Assembly (NCBI RefSeq): GCF_004010195.1
Contig: NC_057751.1
Coordinates: 13,664,267-13,728,266 of the forward strand
Length of the DNA stretch: 64,000 nucleotides
Reading direction: 5' to 3'
From: Chiloscyllium plagiosum
Taxonomy: Eukaryota
Positions 11,596 to 25,052 of the stretch are shown here, one piece after another. The stretch's first letter is position 1. Every line of letters begins with the position of its first letter. The notes beneath the pieces are model-generated. The model saw nothing but the letters and a program-made list of their open reading frames with translations. It had not been told where the DNA came from and ran no database searches. A program made the translations under genes and the position numbers.

Positions 11596-12049
11596 CTCTA
11601 TGTTTCAGGTTTCCAGCATCTGCAATATTTTACTTGAAAGTCACTCACTGTCTTGAGTAGGAAATATATACCCGTTCCTTCACTGTCACGGAGTCAAAAC
11701 CCTGAAACTCCCTGCCTAATCCTTTAGAGATGCACATACATCAAATGGATTGGAGTAATTCAAGAAAGCAGTGCATCATCACCTTTTCTTGGTGAATTCG
11801 GGAGGCACAATAAATGCTAATCTGGTCTAATGCTCACAAAGAAAATTACAGCACAGGTACAGAACCAAAGTCCTACACAACTGTCACATGTCCCGCCATC
11901 TCTTGTACTCAATACTCAATGAAGGCAAGTATTCCATATGCCTTCTTGACCACTCTTAATGACCTGCATTGCCACCTTCAGGGTACAATGGACCTGACCA
12001 CCCAGACCTCTTTACATCAATTTTCCCTAGGGCTTTTCCATTTACTGGA

Positions 12050-12540
12050 GGGAGATGACCGCAGGGGACACCTGCACTGCCTTCCTGCTCGTTCTCTGCT
12101 TTTTGGTCACCCATGCCCTTCCTCCCTCAGCAATTCTAATCTGCGGTGTGACCAATTCGCTAAACGTGCTAAATCACGACATCCTCAGCATCACGGATGC
12201 TCCAAAGTGAATCCATCCGCAGCTCCAGGGCCGTTATGTGGTATAACAAGAGCTGCACGGGACACACTTCCTGCATGTGAAGTAGTCAGGGACATCAGCC
12301 ATATCTCTGCACTCCCACACGGAGCAAGAGGAGCATAATGCAGGTCTGAGATCTCCTGCCTTTTTTTAATCTTTAGCTGAACTTAATTCAACTATAATAT
12401 CAAATAATAGATAAATGGAATTAAATTTTTTTTTGCAATCACAGTACTTACCAGCACGCTATAAAAAAAGAAAAAGAAAAACCTTGCCTTAATCAACACA
12501 CCGCAGAGTCTTTTGTTTGTTTAGAGGAGGAACAAAGAAT
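12050..12540 (-). mobile_element. CR1-type LINE 5'/ORF1 fragment
   Basis: Minus-strand CxxC ... DYFTCRKC zinc-knuckle-like remnant resembling the ORF1 start at ~47270. Confidence 0.5.
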
Positions 12541-14282
12541 TCCCAAAAAGTATTTTGAAAAGGTCTTGTGTTCCTTTCTGGGATCGATACATTAGCAAGA
12601 ATATCATGGTCTTGAAGAGGGTACAGAGAAGATAGACTGGAACGGTATCATGGTGAAAAAACTTCAACTGGATGAAAACAGTGGAAAGCGGTGGGGGTTG
12701 TTCTCCAAAGAACAAACAGTTTGACAGAAATCCTCAAAACCACAAATTATTTTGACAGATTAAAATGAGAAAAAACTCAGTTCCACATCAGAAGTGTCAA
12801 GGGTTAAGAAGCAATATCTCTGATTGAGCAAGAACCAAAGGATGATCATAAGGAGAATATTTTTATGCAGCAAGCTATGGTTGGAAATAGACTTGTCTAA
12901 AAAAGGTGGTGGATGCAGATTCCTGAGTAACATAAAAAAGTAACTTGGACAAATAATGCAGAGGAAAAGAAACAGAGGTACAGAATAAGAGAAAGGAATG
13001 GGATTAATTAGCCACTCTGCCAAAAGCTGGCATGATGATGATGATAATGGCCTCCAGTGCTACATCATTCTTTTATCCATTCCAAATATCACAAATGAGA
13101 CCTAATCCTGATTTACTTTTTATGTTGTATCAAGGTTTCAACTTCAAAACTGATATTTTCCACATCATTTCTTGTGGTAATTTGTAGGAATAGCAATGGC
13201 CAATTCTTGACATCAAGCCTGTAAGTATACTTCACTGCTACCACTTATTGGCTCCAAACGCTAAATAACCAATTCACAACCATTAATTGTTGGTTCTTAT
13301 AAATGTTATTTCCCATGCATAACTTGTTCAATGGTACAGCTCCATCCAATTCCATTATTTCATTGAATGTTTCCATGTCATGGTGTCCAGTATCCTCAAA
13401 TAGTTAAAACAGTATTGATTCTCAATACTTAGGCCAATTACCTCAAGCTACTGAAAACCATTCTAAGGAATGAAATTATTACTGGCCACACTTTTAAGGT
13501 GTGATGATCGTCAAAGAGAATCATTCTACCCATTTTGCAGATTTCTTAAAATCCAAACTACTTGTTGTTTCCCATTGTTTGGATGAATATAGGACAGTAT
13601 GACCTAAAATATTGTTCTGGATGAAAGCATAATATTTAACAAGAGAATACAATTTCAACCACATAACATTTCCCACTTAGCTGCTTTTCAATACTCATCC
13701 CACTCTCTGTTCAATTATTACACATCCAGATGAAACATTTTCAAAATCTGTTGAATTCCATTCACATTTGTGAGTTTAATTGGATTAACAACAAATTAAG
13801 AGGTGACGATCAGTGTTTACAAGGTTAGTTAGGCCTCATTTAGAGCAGTATGTGTTGTTTTTGGAGAGAAAAACAAACTGTTGTATTGTATTATTCAGCA
13901 AATACAAGACTGAGAGGATCCAATTACTATGAAAACCTGGAGAAAATAAACCTGTCCTCACAGGTTTATTGGATAAAAACTTGGGGTGGCACAAGGAGAG
14001 CTTTGAATAGAAAGTTTCAAAGCTTGGAGAAATTGAGAAAATTAATTTCTACCAGTTTGATAATCAATAATGAAGGAACGAAAATTAAATATCAGTCCAG
14101 AATTTATAAAAGGACAAGATGAGGAAGTAATATTTTTCATACAACTGGTCAAAAGAATTTGGAATGCATTTTAATAAAATAATTTTAAAAACATTAATTA
14201 TACACGACCGATGGGCATTGTTTGAGGTGGTACTGGGATCATTGATGAAGGGAGTCAGCTGCAAAATAGAGTGAAATAACTC

Positions 14283-14498
14283 TATTGAAGCCAGTATCCA
14301 GTCACCAAGTCACCCTTCATTCACACACAGAGTCCTTGACACTGATTCAGCTTCCTCAGAGCCAACTCAGTGAACAGAACCACCAACATTGCTGTTTATA
14401 TTTGTCAGCCAGGATTCCTCGATTAGATCAGATTAATCCCAATCAGGGAACTCATATTCTAGGAAGTCCTCTTGGCTGACCTCGTTACAATCACGACA
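14283..14498 (+). mobile_element. Short interspersed repeat, same family as 2410-2610
   Basis: Direct similarity to 2410-2610. Confidence 0.5.
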
Positions 14499-15207
14499 GA
14501 GAGTCATCAGGGGTACCGGGATAGTTGTCAGCATGCAAGGTTGCATCCTGTGATTAAACCTACTTTTAATGAAAAGGAATTGTGTTTTGTTCCAGACTTA
14601 ATCATCTAGCTTGGATCCATTTTGCATGTATCATAAGACTGGTAAACGTGGAAGGAAGCGACCTTTCAAGGTATGTGATTTGCCATTGTTTTATGATTAG
14701 CCTTGCAAAAACAAAAACAACTAGCTTTCAACCTTCCCACAGCTGCACAAAGTCACTGCGCTATCACATTAATCTTGAATGTACTTGGTCATTGAGAATT
14801 TGGACTGGTAATTAACAGCTTCAAAACATTTTCATCAGAATTCAGGGAGTAGCAAGCTATGGACCAAGTGTATATAAATGAGATTAGTGGTGTTTGTTGG
14901 TCCACATAGACACGGTGGGCTAAAAGGCCTCTTTCTATTCTATGAGACTGTATGACAAAAACCAAAATGTATTTTGAAACAAAAACATTCAATAGATGAG
15001 GAAAGTGAACTCTGATGCTGAAAACATGTTTATCTGAGAGTGTGTACAACAATTTTTTTTCTTATGTTTAGATTAAGTTAGAAATCTCGGGTTTCATATG
15101 CTTGGTGAGAAACAATATATTTGTACATGAATAATTTTGTAATCTGGAGTTTATTTTTGAATCGTTACGTGCTCATTGATGTGCCATCAGCCATCATTTC
15201 CAATTAC

Positions 15208-15415
15208 CTTGGTGACTGGGTCAAAGGTGTAGTTCCCTTGAGTGGAGGCGAGATTCATGTTCAGAACCACCTTTGGCAGCTGGCTGGTCACTACTGTACC
15301 TTCGACCATCTTTCCCATTGTTTGTTTGGGGCCAACGGTAATTTCAAACCGTCCCATGGAGCTGCCATCCCGGAAGGTGATGTTGTGCTTTACGTAGACA
15401 GGAATGGCAACCAAA
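15208..15415 (-). CDS. AP3M2: AP3M2 coding exon 6: LVAIPVYVKHNITFRDGSSMGRFEITVGPKQTMGK...GNYTFDPVTK
   Basis: CCTTACAG acceptor, GTAAT donor, 208 nt. Confidence 0.97.
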
Positions 15416-15917
15416 CTGTAAGGCAATAAATACAGACAGGCAAAGTGTTTGTATCTATTCAGATTGGCTAGATATATTGCAAGAGGGAAAAGCCATTAGT
15501 ATTGTCAGCATTTCATTTTTGTTATTTCTTCCACTCCCCCATCCTTGAAGAAACCTGCAATGAAATGGCAGATGGATGCTTTACCTAGTGGCGATTATTT
15601 TAGCATGAGCTTCAGATCTTGAACGGAAAGGCCCCAAATTTGGATGCCATGCAGCTAGAAGGCCATCTGACCAGAGACAGCATCACAGCCAAATCCAATT
15701 ATGTTAGAAAGTCAGCTGTTACTCAGATCCAAGCAAAAAGGTTCTTGAATATTCAGGTCATGAGCATTACATGCAAAGCAAAACACATTTAACATTTCAG
15801 ATCTATTCTTTAAATACATAAAAAAAACAAGAGGGGCCAAAGTAAGCATAGACCCCTGGAGAGAATGAGGCTGGGAATGGGGAACCAGAAAATGGCAGAA
15901 GAGTTGAACAGTCTTGG

Positions 15918-16045
15918 ATTCCTGATGAAGGGCTCCAGCCCGAAACGTCGATTGTTTGCTCCTCGGATGCTGCCTGACCTACTGTGATTTTCCAGCAATA
16001 CACACTCAACTCTGATCTCTAGCATCTGCAGACCTCACTGTCTCC
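15918..16045 (+). mobile_element. Solo Penelope pLTR (family B) with intact hammerhead motif and 9-bp TSD, inserted in an old CR1
   Basis: CTGATGA-A-GGGCTCCAGCCC-GAAACGTC at 15922-15949; TSD CAGTCTTGG at 15909-15917 and 16046-16054. Confidence 0.85.
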
Positions 16046-16618
16046 CAGTCTTGGCATCAACCAATAGCAATTATAAAACCATGAAGGGACAAAGAGAAGA
16101 GAGGAAATAAATACAAAGAACATCACTTCAGGAAAGGTGCAAGGGAAACCAGAGACCTGCATTCTAAAATATGAGAGGAAGTCGCAACAGAGATACCATA
16201 TGTTCTTTTCTTATGGTCTACAGGTCATCATCTTCCAAGAATTCTTAGATTCTAGAGAGGTCCCAGAGGATTAGAAAACTGCTATTGTAACATCTTTTCT
16301 CTAACAAGAGAAGGAAGAACAGAGGAGCTGAAGATTATTGAAATGGACAAAGTCAGCAGAAAGCTACAGCACAAAGGAGTTTGGCAATCCTCAAATCTGA
16401 AAAGGCTAGCCTCCAAATTCTGCAGGTAATACAGAAGGGACATGGAATGCCAGAGTTTACGTCAAAGGGAATAAAGTAAAAATGGAATAGTCTTGCTTAA
16501 AGTGTACAAGGCACTATTCAAACCACAGCTGGAATTCTGGGAACAGTTCTGGATCACAAATCTAAAGATAGATATGTTTGCATTTGAGGCAGTCCAGAGA
16601 AGGTTCACTAGACTGACA

Positions 16619-16942
16619 CAGGTGCACAATCCTTTATCTGAAATGCTTGGGACCAGCTGGTATTTGGAATTCAGATTTTTTCGAATTTCAGACTAAGTGG
16701 CCATTTAATGGTGAAATTTAAAAAAAAGTCTTTCCAAAGAATAAACTTACGTGAGTAAAACGGTCTTGAAACAAAATTGAGGCCTGCCAGTGCTGGGCCA
16801 GACCCCCACACAGCGCATCGAGTGGGTGTGGACTTGGGTCAACTGTTTACACGCCAAACAATCTTGTTAATGAGAAAAAAATTCACAGAAAACCTATGGA
16901 CTTCGGAGCTTTTCGGATTTCGGGTAAAGGGTTGTCTACCTG
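16619..16942. mobile_element. Tc1/mariner-superfamily (Tigger-like) MITE
   Basis: TIRs CAGGTGCACAATCCTTTA / TAAAGGGTTGTCTACCTG, TA on the right flank, splits a CR1 RT remnant (QRRFTRL|.P), related copy at 62953-63381. Confidence 0.8.
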
Positions 16943-18345
16943 TACCATGTGGAAAAACTGTCTTATAACGAGAAGTTGAGTAGTTGGGGCCTGTACTCAG
17001 TGGAATTCCTAAGAATGATAAATTACCTAATTAAAATATGTAAGACTTTTACAGGGCTTGACAGGGAGATGTGGAAAGGTTGTTTGCCCTTGTGGGAGAG
17101 TCGAGGGCTGGGGGCATAATCTGAGAAGGAGTGATTGCCAATTTATGATGGAGAGGAGGAGTAAATTCTTCTGAGGTGAATGAATTTGTGGATTTCTTTG
17201 CTGTTCAGGCTGAGTTATTCATTTGCAACAACTCCACAAACATGAACTCTCATTATCCATAAGTATTGTTAACCTGCTCAGTATTTGCAACCTCTTTTGG
17301 TTTCAGATTTCGAACATTTGCAATATTTTGCTTCAGCTGGCTGTTGGTTTTAGTTTCACAAGTGCTACACAACAGCTGGGTTTTGTGTTTTGAACAATTC
17401 ACTTGACAGGAATGGCTAAACATTGGTTAAAAAGGAAATGTTAATTTTTCTACGCATTTGTTGGACATGGACATAGCAGGCTGGGCATCATTTATTGCCT
17501 GTCCCGAGGTGCCTTCGAGAAGGCGGTGGTGAGTTGCCATTTTGAACCATTGTAGCCCGTGCATTCTCCTTTCCCTGGAGATACAATGTAATTATCCTGA
17601 AAATTCACATTCTGCATCAAAAGTAATATTACTAGCTTTAACCACTCAACTTTGGAGTTGGTGCGAATTTCACATTTCACTTTTGGAGTTACTTAACATT
17701 GGAACATCAACAGGACAACATTTCCTAAATATGCAAGCAGTTAGGTTTCCTTTCAACAATTCCAGTTGTGTTCATAGGCATCAGACTGCTCTGATGAGCA
17801 GGAATGAAAGAAAGTCGATAGGCATGAGGGAATAGTGTGCTACAAAACCAATAATTCCACTTTCCCATTTCATTAGGCAGTACAGACTGCAAAGATGTTG
17901 AACACCCCAAACATTAACCCAAAATATAGTAAATGTTGACAGTCTAACTTACTTACATGAATGGCAGGAAGTAGCAACAATTCTGCGAACATATCCAAAA
18001 AAGTATTAAGATGCTAAATTCGACCTGCCAGCTTTATTCAGCACTGTCTAACTCCCGAACCATCTAAATTGCCAATATAATTCAGCAAACACAGGTATTG
18101 CTCCATTGCAAGACTATCTGCAGTTGAAAGATGTTCATACTGTATTATCAATGTCATCTTTGAATAATAATTTTACTTGGATATTTCAAACATTTAAGAT
18201 GATCAAAGAACTGGTCCTTGTGCAAGGATGAAGAAAATTTACAAGAGGTCTGCTACTTAACCTCTTCAATTACATCCTCAGTCTTGAAAAATGTGCTTGT
18301 ATCATTTGTACATATTTTAAAATAACCGAGTAAGACTGACTAGTT

Positions 18346-18550
18346 CAGGTCATTTTGCTATAACACAAGTTTCGTCAACACAAATGCGCTATAACGCGAT
18401 TGAGAAATTGGGGACACTTTCTAAAGCATGAACATTTCCAACATGTTGGCTACATCGCCAACTCTTTAAGAACGGTTACTGAAGCACAATTTTTCTACAA
18501 TACCAGGGTTGCACAAGAATACAACCGTCGCATCATAAAATAACTACCTA
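18346..18550. mobile_element. Degenerate Tigger-like MITE
   Basis: Imperfect TIRs CAGGTCATTTTGCTATAAC / CATCATAAAATAACTACCTA and internal CTATAAC repeats. Confidence 0.5.
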
Positions 18551-18664
18551 TATGCTAGTTTTCAATTCTTACTCCTTCTAGTCACAATCGTAAAAGAGAA
18601 AACCAGCATGCAGATAGGGAAAAATTATGATCAAATATCCTTGACCCTGGATTTAAAGTGGGAG

Positions 18665-18848
18665 CAAGAGAGGACTGCAGATGCTGGAGGTCAGAGTTGA
18701 GAGTGTGGTGCTGGATAAAGCACAAGTCAGGCAGCATCCAGGAGCAGGAGAATCTAATGATGGGCTTATGCCCGAAACATTGATTCTCCTGCTCCTCGGA
18801 TGCTGCCTGACCTTCTGTGCTTTTTCCAGCACCACATTCTCAACCCTA
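18665..18848. mobile_element. Degenerate palindromic Penelope pLTR (family B)
   Basis: Inverted arms GTTGAGAGTGTGGTGCTGG... / ...CCAGCACCACATTCTCAAC around a decayed hammerhead centre. Confidence 0.75.
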
Positions 18849-19145
18849 GAGTTACAATACCAAAGACTAGTACTGAAATGGAATGTGTTTTCACTTATTG
18901 AATAAATCCAGTAGTCAATACGTTGTGATCTGTAGTTAAAACAGAATACAAGATTAAACAGGATCCATGTTTGAATTTAACAACCAGAAATTTGAAGTTA
19001 GCCATGGGTACAAAGTGGAGTGTGTAGTTCCTTGGCTTAATGATACATTTGTTTTCTTTACTATCACACTACAGTTTTGTTTGCAACTGAAGGATAAAGG
19101 TATGGTCTACTTTATATTGCTTTGATAGCCTCTTTATAATTGGAC

Positions 19146-19533
19146 TGAGGGGGTGACGTTATCGAGGTTTATAAAATCATGAGGGGCATGGATAGGGTAA
19201 ATAGACAAAGTCTTTTCCCTGGGGTGGGGGAGTCCAGAATTAGAGGGTATAGGTTTAGGGTGAGAGGGGAAAGATTTAAAAGGGAACTGAGGAGCAACGT
19301 TTTCATGCAAAGGGTGGTACATGAATGGAATGAGCTGCCAAAGGAAGTGGAGGAAGCTGGTACAATTAGAACATTTAAAAGGCATCTGGATGGGTACATG
19401 AATAGGAAGGGTTTGGAGGAATATGGGCCAGGTCGTGGCAAATGGGACTAGATTGGGTTAGGATGTCAGGTCGGCATGGACAAGTTGGACAGAAGGGTGT
19501 GTTTCTGTGTTGTACATCTCTATGACTCTGTGA
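19146..19533 (+). mobile_element. CR1 (HER1-type) LINE 3' end
   Basis: LRG...EVYKIMRGMDRVN..LFP..GESR.RG.RFRVRGERFK...F.QRVV..WNELP; CTATGACT-type tail. Confidence 0.9.
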
Positions 19534-20504
19534 CAAGATCCTTTGACCTAAATGTATTCAAATTACTGGCACATTGAAAGAAAATGAATATTTGACTTGT
19601 AGACTCTAATCCAACATTAAAAATAATTTAAGGTCAAATGAGAAAAACAAATGAATCAGCAAATGACCACATAATCTCCAATACACCAGAGAATGGTCAT
19701 GCACTGATACATAGGGGACACATGAAGTGGAATAGTAGTATGGTAGTACACAGTCAAAGGGAAAGAGATTACAAGTTCTTTCTTCTATCAAGTTTTAACT
19801 TCAAAAGATCAGGAATCAATGTTAGGGCCACGACTATTTATAATCCATATTAATGAATTGGAAATGGAGAAAATCTGTATTGTAGCAAAATTTGCAAATT
19901 ATACTTGGATAACTAGGAAAGCAAACTGTAGGAGGATACAAAGAGCTTGCAAAGGAGTATAGACAGGTGAATGGATGAGGTAGAAAAAAAATGGTGGTAG
20001 AATATAGTGTGGGAAAATCTGACAAAAATTCATTCAGCAGGAAAAATAAAGCATGAGAAACAGAATACAACTAACCAGAGAAACAATAGGTACACGATTC
20101 ACCAAACAGCAAGTGTGCAGGTGCAGCAAGTGATTTGGAAGGCAATTAAATATTGGCCTTTATTGCAAGTGGAAAAAGAATATTAAAGCAGCAAATTGTT
20201 TTTACTACTACAAGGCATTTAAATGACAGCTACAGCAAAATACATCCAAGTAACAAAATAAAAACTGCATTAGTTACAAAACTACACATCCATTTGGCAT
20301 GTAAATCTTTCAGTGCAAAATTAAAAATGAAATAGAGATCTGAAAATTAAGGTCTGAATATCCGTTCACCTACAGGTGAATACTAGACTTGTTCGGCTAT
20401 TCACAGCTGAGACATTGGTCTCCAAATGAAAGAAAAATCTCGAAAGGGAATTAAATATTCATAATTCTTCCAAATACTCTTTGACCCAAAGAAGTGTTAC
20501 TTAC

Positions 20505-20638
20505 TTTTGGGAACTGACGTGATAAGATAGGAGACGAAAATTGCCATCAGGTGGTATGAAGGAAAGAATTCGTTCTGACTCCCAACGCTTGAAACGTACA
20601 CAAGGATGGAAGCTGACATCATCCAAGAGTCGAGGATT
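20505..20638 (-). CDS. AP3M2: AP3M2 coding exon 5: NPRLLDDVSFHPCVRFKRWESERILSFIPPDGNFRLLSYHVSSQN
   Basis: TTTGCAG acceptor, GTAAGT donor, 134 nt, adaptor mu-chain signature FHPCV...SFIPPDG. Confidence 0.97.
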
Positions 20639-22610
20639 CTGCAAACATTGCAAGAGATAATATGATTTCTCACAGATCTTTTAAGAACATTACATCAATG
20701 ATCAGCCCCAATTTGTTAGGAGCACAGCGCCTCTTTTGTCAGGAGCCCAAACTCATCAACAGTTTAATTCCACAACCCTTCCTCTTAGTTTACAGAGCAA
20801 ACCTTGACTGAAAGTCACTCATTTCTATGGTCACACTAGTCTCGAAGCACTTCATCATTTACCTCAATTGTCCATTTCAATAGTGAATTCCAGACAATAG
20901 AAACTGTCTCTGTGTATGAGCACCCACCTGGATTCATGGCATTATATAAAACGGAGGCAAGGAACCACTTGCTGATTTCTTTCTCCTGGCCTAAGTCATT
21001 GATGACTCAGCAGAAAAATCTGGACAATATCCAGGTTTCGGGAAACATTTGCACCACACAAGTGCTCAGCAATGATTATCATCTTTTGACATTCGATGGG
21101 AGCGCCATCCATGACCAACATGGCAGGGATTGGGGGAGAGCATTGGCCAGAAATTGAACTGAACTCACTATTTAAATAACATGATTACAGGAGCAGGTCA
21201 AAGGTGAGAACTTCTACAGCAAGTAACTCACCTCCCCAAAGCCTGTCCACCATCAACAAGGCACAAGTCGAATAGTGCAAGGTCACGTCCCCCGTATGCC
21301 CGGATGAATGAAGCTCCAACACCACTCAAGGAGCTTGACACCGAAGCAGGCCACTTGATTGGTATCACCTCCACAAACATCCACTCCCTCCACCATCGGC
21401 ACTCAGTACGTACAAAATGCACAGCAGAAATTCTCCCAAGATCCTTAGACACCATCTTCTAAATCCATAATTACTACCATCTACAAGGGTGACGACAGCA
21501 GATCTATTATGGCAACACCATCATTTGTAATTTCCTCCTCCAAGACCTCAAAGTATGTCTGTATTCCATCACTGTCATTGGTTTAAATCCTGGGACTCCC
21601 TCCCTATTATGTGAGTATTTACACCAAATGAATCACAATAGTTCAAAATGGCAACACCCCATCACCTTTGAAAGGTCAATTATGGATGTGCAACAAATAG
21701 TGACCAGGCCACATTCCCTGAATGATTAAAGGAACATTGTGTTAAACAGCACACAGAATTTTATTTAGGTCGGTACTTCAATGTCAATCCCCAATAGCAG
21801 CTCAGTAGGACTGCTACTGAGTGAGCTGGCAGAATCCAGTATAGACTTGTAGTAGATGACTAAAGAACCCACAGCAGAAAAACCTACCTGGCCTCAACTT
21901 TGCCAATCTGCCTTTCAAAGTTCTGTGGTAATATCAAGAGTAGTGACCACTACAAAGTGTGAAAACAATTCACACAAACTGTGTTAAGTTCTTCATTGTT
22001 TTGCGTGGCATGAACACTATTCTAAATGGGATTGTTGGAGAACCCGAATCGAGCACCTCAAAAACTAGGCATCCATGAGGCGATAAAGACCATTTCAGCA
22101 ACTCGGTGTTCCACGAAGATTTGTAACATCGTTCTCCTAACCCCCATTCCATCATGGTCACCAAGTCAAGTGACCAACCCTGATTTCATGAAAAAATGTG
22201 GAAGAGCATGTTAGCATAAGGGGTACCTGAAATGACGAGCAAGCCAATGAAGCAACACTACTGTACTCCATGCATGCTAACAGAGGAAAGCTCTTTGGTC
22301 CTGTCACTTCCTGTCATGAATGGTGACAGCCAACTAAACGACTCTATGAACATCACATCCTAAATAATGGCAGAGTCAAAACGAATCAATGAAGAAGTCT
22401 GAAGAAAGTCTTAACAACCATCTTCAGTCAAAAGTGCTGACAGGATCACCAATCCTAGCCACCTCCAGAAGTCCCCATCATCTTAGATGTTAGCTTTCAG
22501 CTGACCAATTCACCCACAGACTAAAAAAAATGGCCTTGTATAATCATTTTGTAGAAAATGGTTTCTCAGTGATATTTGAAATTGCTCAAGCACTACGCAG
22601 CAAATCTTAC

Positions 22611-22696
22611 CGTGAAGGAGAGGGTGAGATCCGGCATTCCAGTCAGTTTCACACAAGCATCAATGACACCCTGTATTTCAGCAAATACTGTTGAAC
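22611..22696 (-). CDS. AP3M2: AP3M2 coding exon 4: STVFAEIQGVIDACVKLTGMPDLTLSFT
   Basis: CTGTAG acceptor, GTAAG donor, 86 nt. Confidence 0.96.
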
Positions 22697-24914
22697 CTAC
22701 AGCAAGTGTAACATCAGCATTAATAACCATTCAGACAAAAAAAAATGCAATCAGAACTACATGCATGAACAATTACATATTTGCTTAGAATTCAAATAAT
22801 TTCAGAGAAATCTGAACCATCCAATGGAGGTATTTTTATTTTAATCAAAAAAAGATATGATTTGTCAGAAACCGCACCTTTGATTCTGGAGCACATATGG
22901 ACCAAATGCCTTATCTGAACACTTCTCCAATTAGCCTTGCACTTCTGAGGGGGTATGAGCAATGGGTATCAAGTGTGTCAGAGGTTTACCACTACAAAGT
23001 TTACAAACACAGCATAACACAACAGCTGATTTTCTGAATACTATTGCACAGCTAACTGTAGATAGTGATACATAATGGGCGATATTCAACTCTAATTCTC
23101 AAGCAGAAAGGGTGATGTCATTAGATTCAAAACTAACTTTCGAAAGGGAAAATATTTATAAAGTAAATATTTCAGGGCCCTGGTGCAAAAGCAGAGAAGT
23201 GGGTTAACTTGAATAGTTCTTTCAATGAACCAGCCTAAGGATAGATGGTGCATCGTGCTGATTCTATCAATGTAGCAAGAGCTCAAGGAAAAAAAATAGT
23301 ATGTTTCTACACTTCTGACCTTAGTAACAGCAGAAGCAATATATCCTCTATTAATCAAAAGTTACTTTGAAGTCAGCTGACTGGATGAGAGTCTGAAATC
23401 AATCTCATGTCTGCACCATAGTTACAATTCACAGGCTGCATGCAATAATGGGCCTCAGTAACTTGTTTGGAAAGAGGTGAGGCTGCATACACTTTCTGTC
23501 CAGTCTAGCACAGCAGTCAAGTAGTCAACATTAACATTCAGGTCAAGTGGCTAATAATATTTACCAACAAATATGGGGATGAGGTTACAAATAAAGCAAA
23601 CAGTCAAGACAAGAACTACTAAAATAGGAGCATTAACAGAGGTTAAGCAATCACATTTAACTATATCAAACAATGATGGGCAGCTTGCAACATTTAACAG
23701 GACTACGAATGAATCAAGGTGTGCCTAAGCTTAATCAGCTCATCGGTATTATATGAGCATTAAGATTGAATTACAGCTCCATTACATACTTCCTGGGGGC
23801 AGTTTTAGTGATAGCAATGGTAGTTTTAGGTAAAACAGGATAGGTCCGTGTCTATTTATACTACATTTGGATGGACATTTCAAACATAGATGCTGAGCTC
23901 ACAAGTCAGCCAGGATAGAAAATTATGGTTTACATTCAATGTCAACTATGTTAAGTTCTCAGGCAACAAAGACACAATGGGTCTTATGAGAACCCTCGCT
24001 GATTTTTCATTATTTTTGTTATTATTCTTGTATCAATTTTGAAGTGCAAGCCAGAAATGAACCACTTTCAGATAGCTTGTGGTAACAGAAAAAGAAAAGA
24101 CCAAACAAATTTTGTTTTTTCAGGAGGCCAGGCCTGGTGGCTAACTGCAGTCTGATTCTTAGTTAAAGAGATTCCAATGCATGTAGGGACCCTGGGAATC
24201 AGTTCCAGCAAGTCTGGAAGGGATCCTGTGTTCAAGCAGATGGCAGCTGTTGAATGGTAATTAAGGCCCCGGGAAGAGTCCATCAGGGCGGAACCAGAAT
24301 TAAAGGTTTGTTTTAAACTATGCTTTCTCAGAAATGATTTTTGGCTGCTTCTGGGATAGCATGAAGCTTTGACACCTCTCCACTAGCTTCCAGAAACCCA
24401 AAAAGAGTGGAGAGATGAGTTACGTATTGTTGTCTTTGCCAGAGTGAATGGACCACATGTTAGGAAAAGCAGTCAAGGAGTCCACATTTATGCCTGTGAC
24501 CAATGCAGCATGAAAGTCATTTACATAGTTAGTTTGTGATTTTATTTTATCTATCCCTGAACTGTGTTTGCCTGTCCTTGGTGTAAGTGGGGACCGAAAA
24601 CACATGTTTTAAGTACAGACAATAATCAGCTTAGTGTTTTTAAGTTTGCTCTCAACTATTTATTAAATGCACAATAATCTTAGTAAAGTCTTTTGTTTAA
24701 GATCCAAAACTGGGAGTTTTAAATTTACTTATTCAAAATCTGGACTTTATTATCACAAAGTCTGGCTTGGAACCATCGGATTGCCAGTTGGGAATCTTTG
24801 ATGGTTTAGTTTTATGTAGTATGAAGACAGATCTAGAGAATTTGGTTTGGTTGAGCTGTTCCGTATCGTAACAATGTTCATCAATAACAAAGAATGCTAC
24901 AACGTCATGTGTAC

Positions 24915-25052
24915 CTGATTTGTCAATGATAGCATCAATCTCTTCCACCACATCAAAGTAGGCTTCATTGTTAGCATATCTCACTCCTGTACGGCGCCAG
25001 GGTACCACAGACAGCTGTCCTGTGGGGAGATGGTCCCCAACATTGGTACTAC
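24915..25052 (-). CDS. AP3M2: AP3M2 coding exon 3: STNVGDHLPTGQLSVVPWRRTGVRYANNEAYFDVVEEIDAIIDKSG
   Basis: TTTGTAG acceptor, GTACA donor, 138 nt, mu-chain signature PWR..G..Y.NNEAYFDV.E. Confidence 0.97.

Larger units (their letters stand above)
10010..11830 (+). mobile_element. Old LINE (CR1/L2-clade) fragments split by a solo LTR, a pLTR fragment and a SINE
   Basis: Pieces at ~10010-10300, ~10850-11160 and ~11640-11830 resemble the copy at 21010-21730. Confidence 0.5.
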
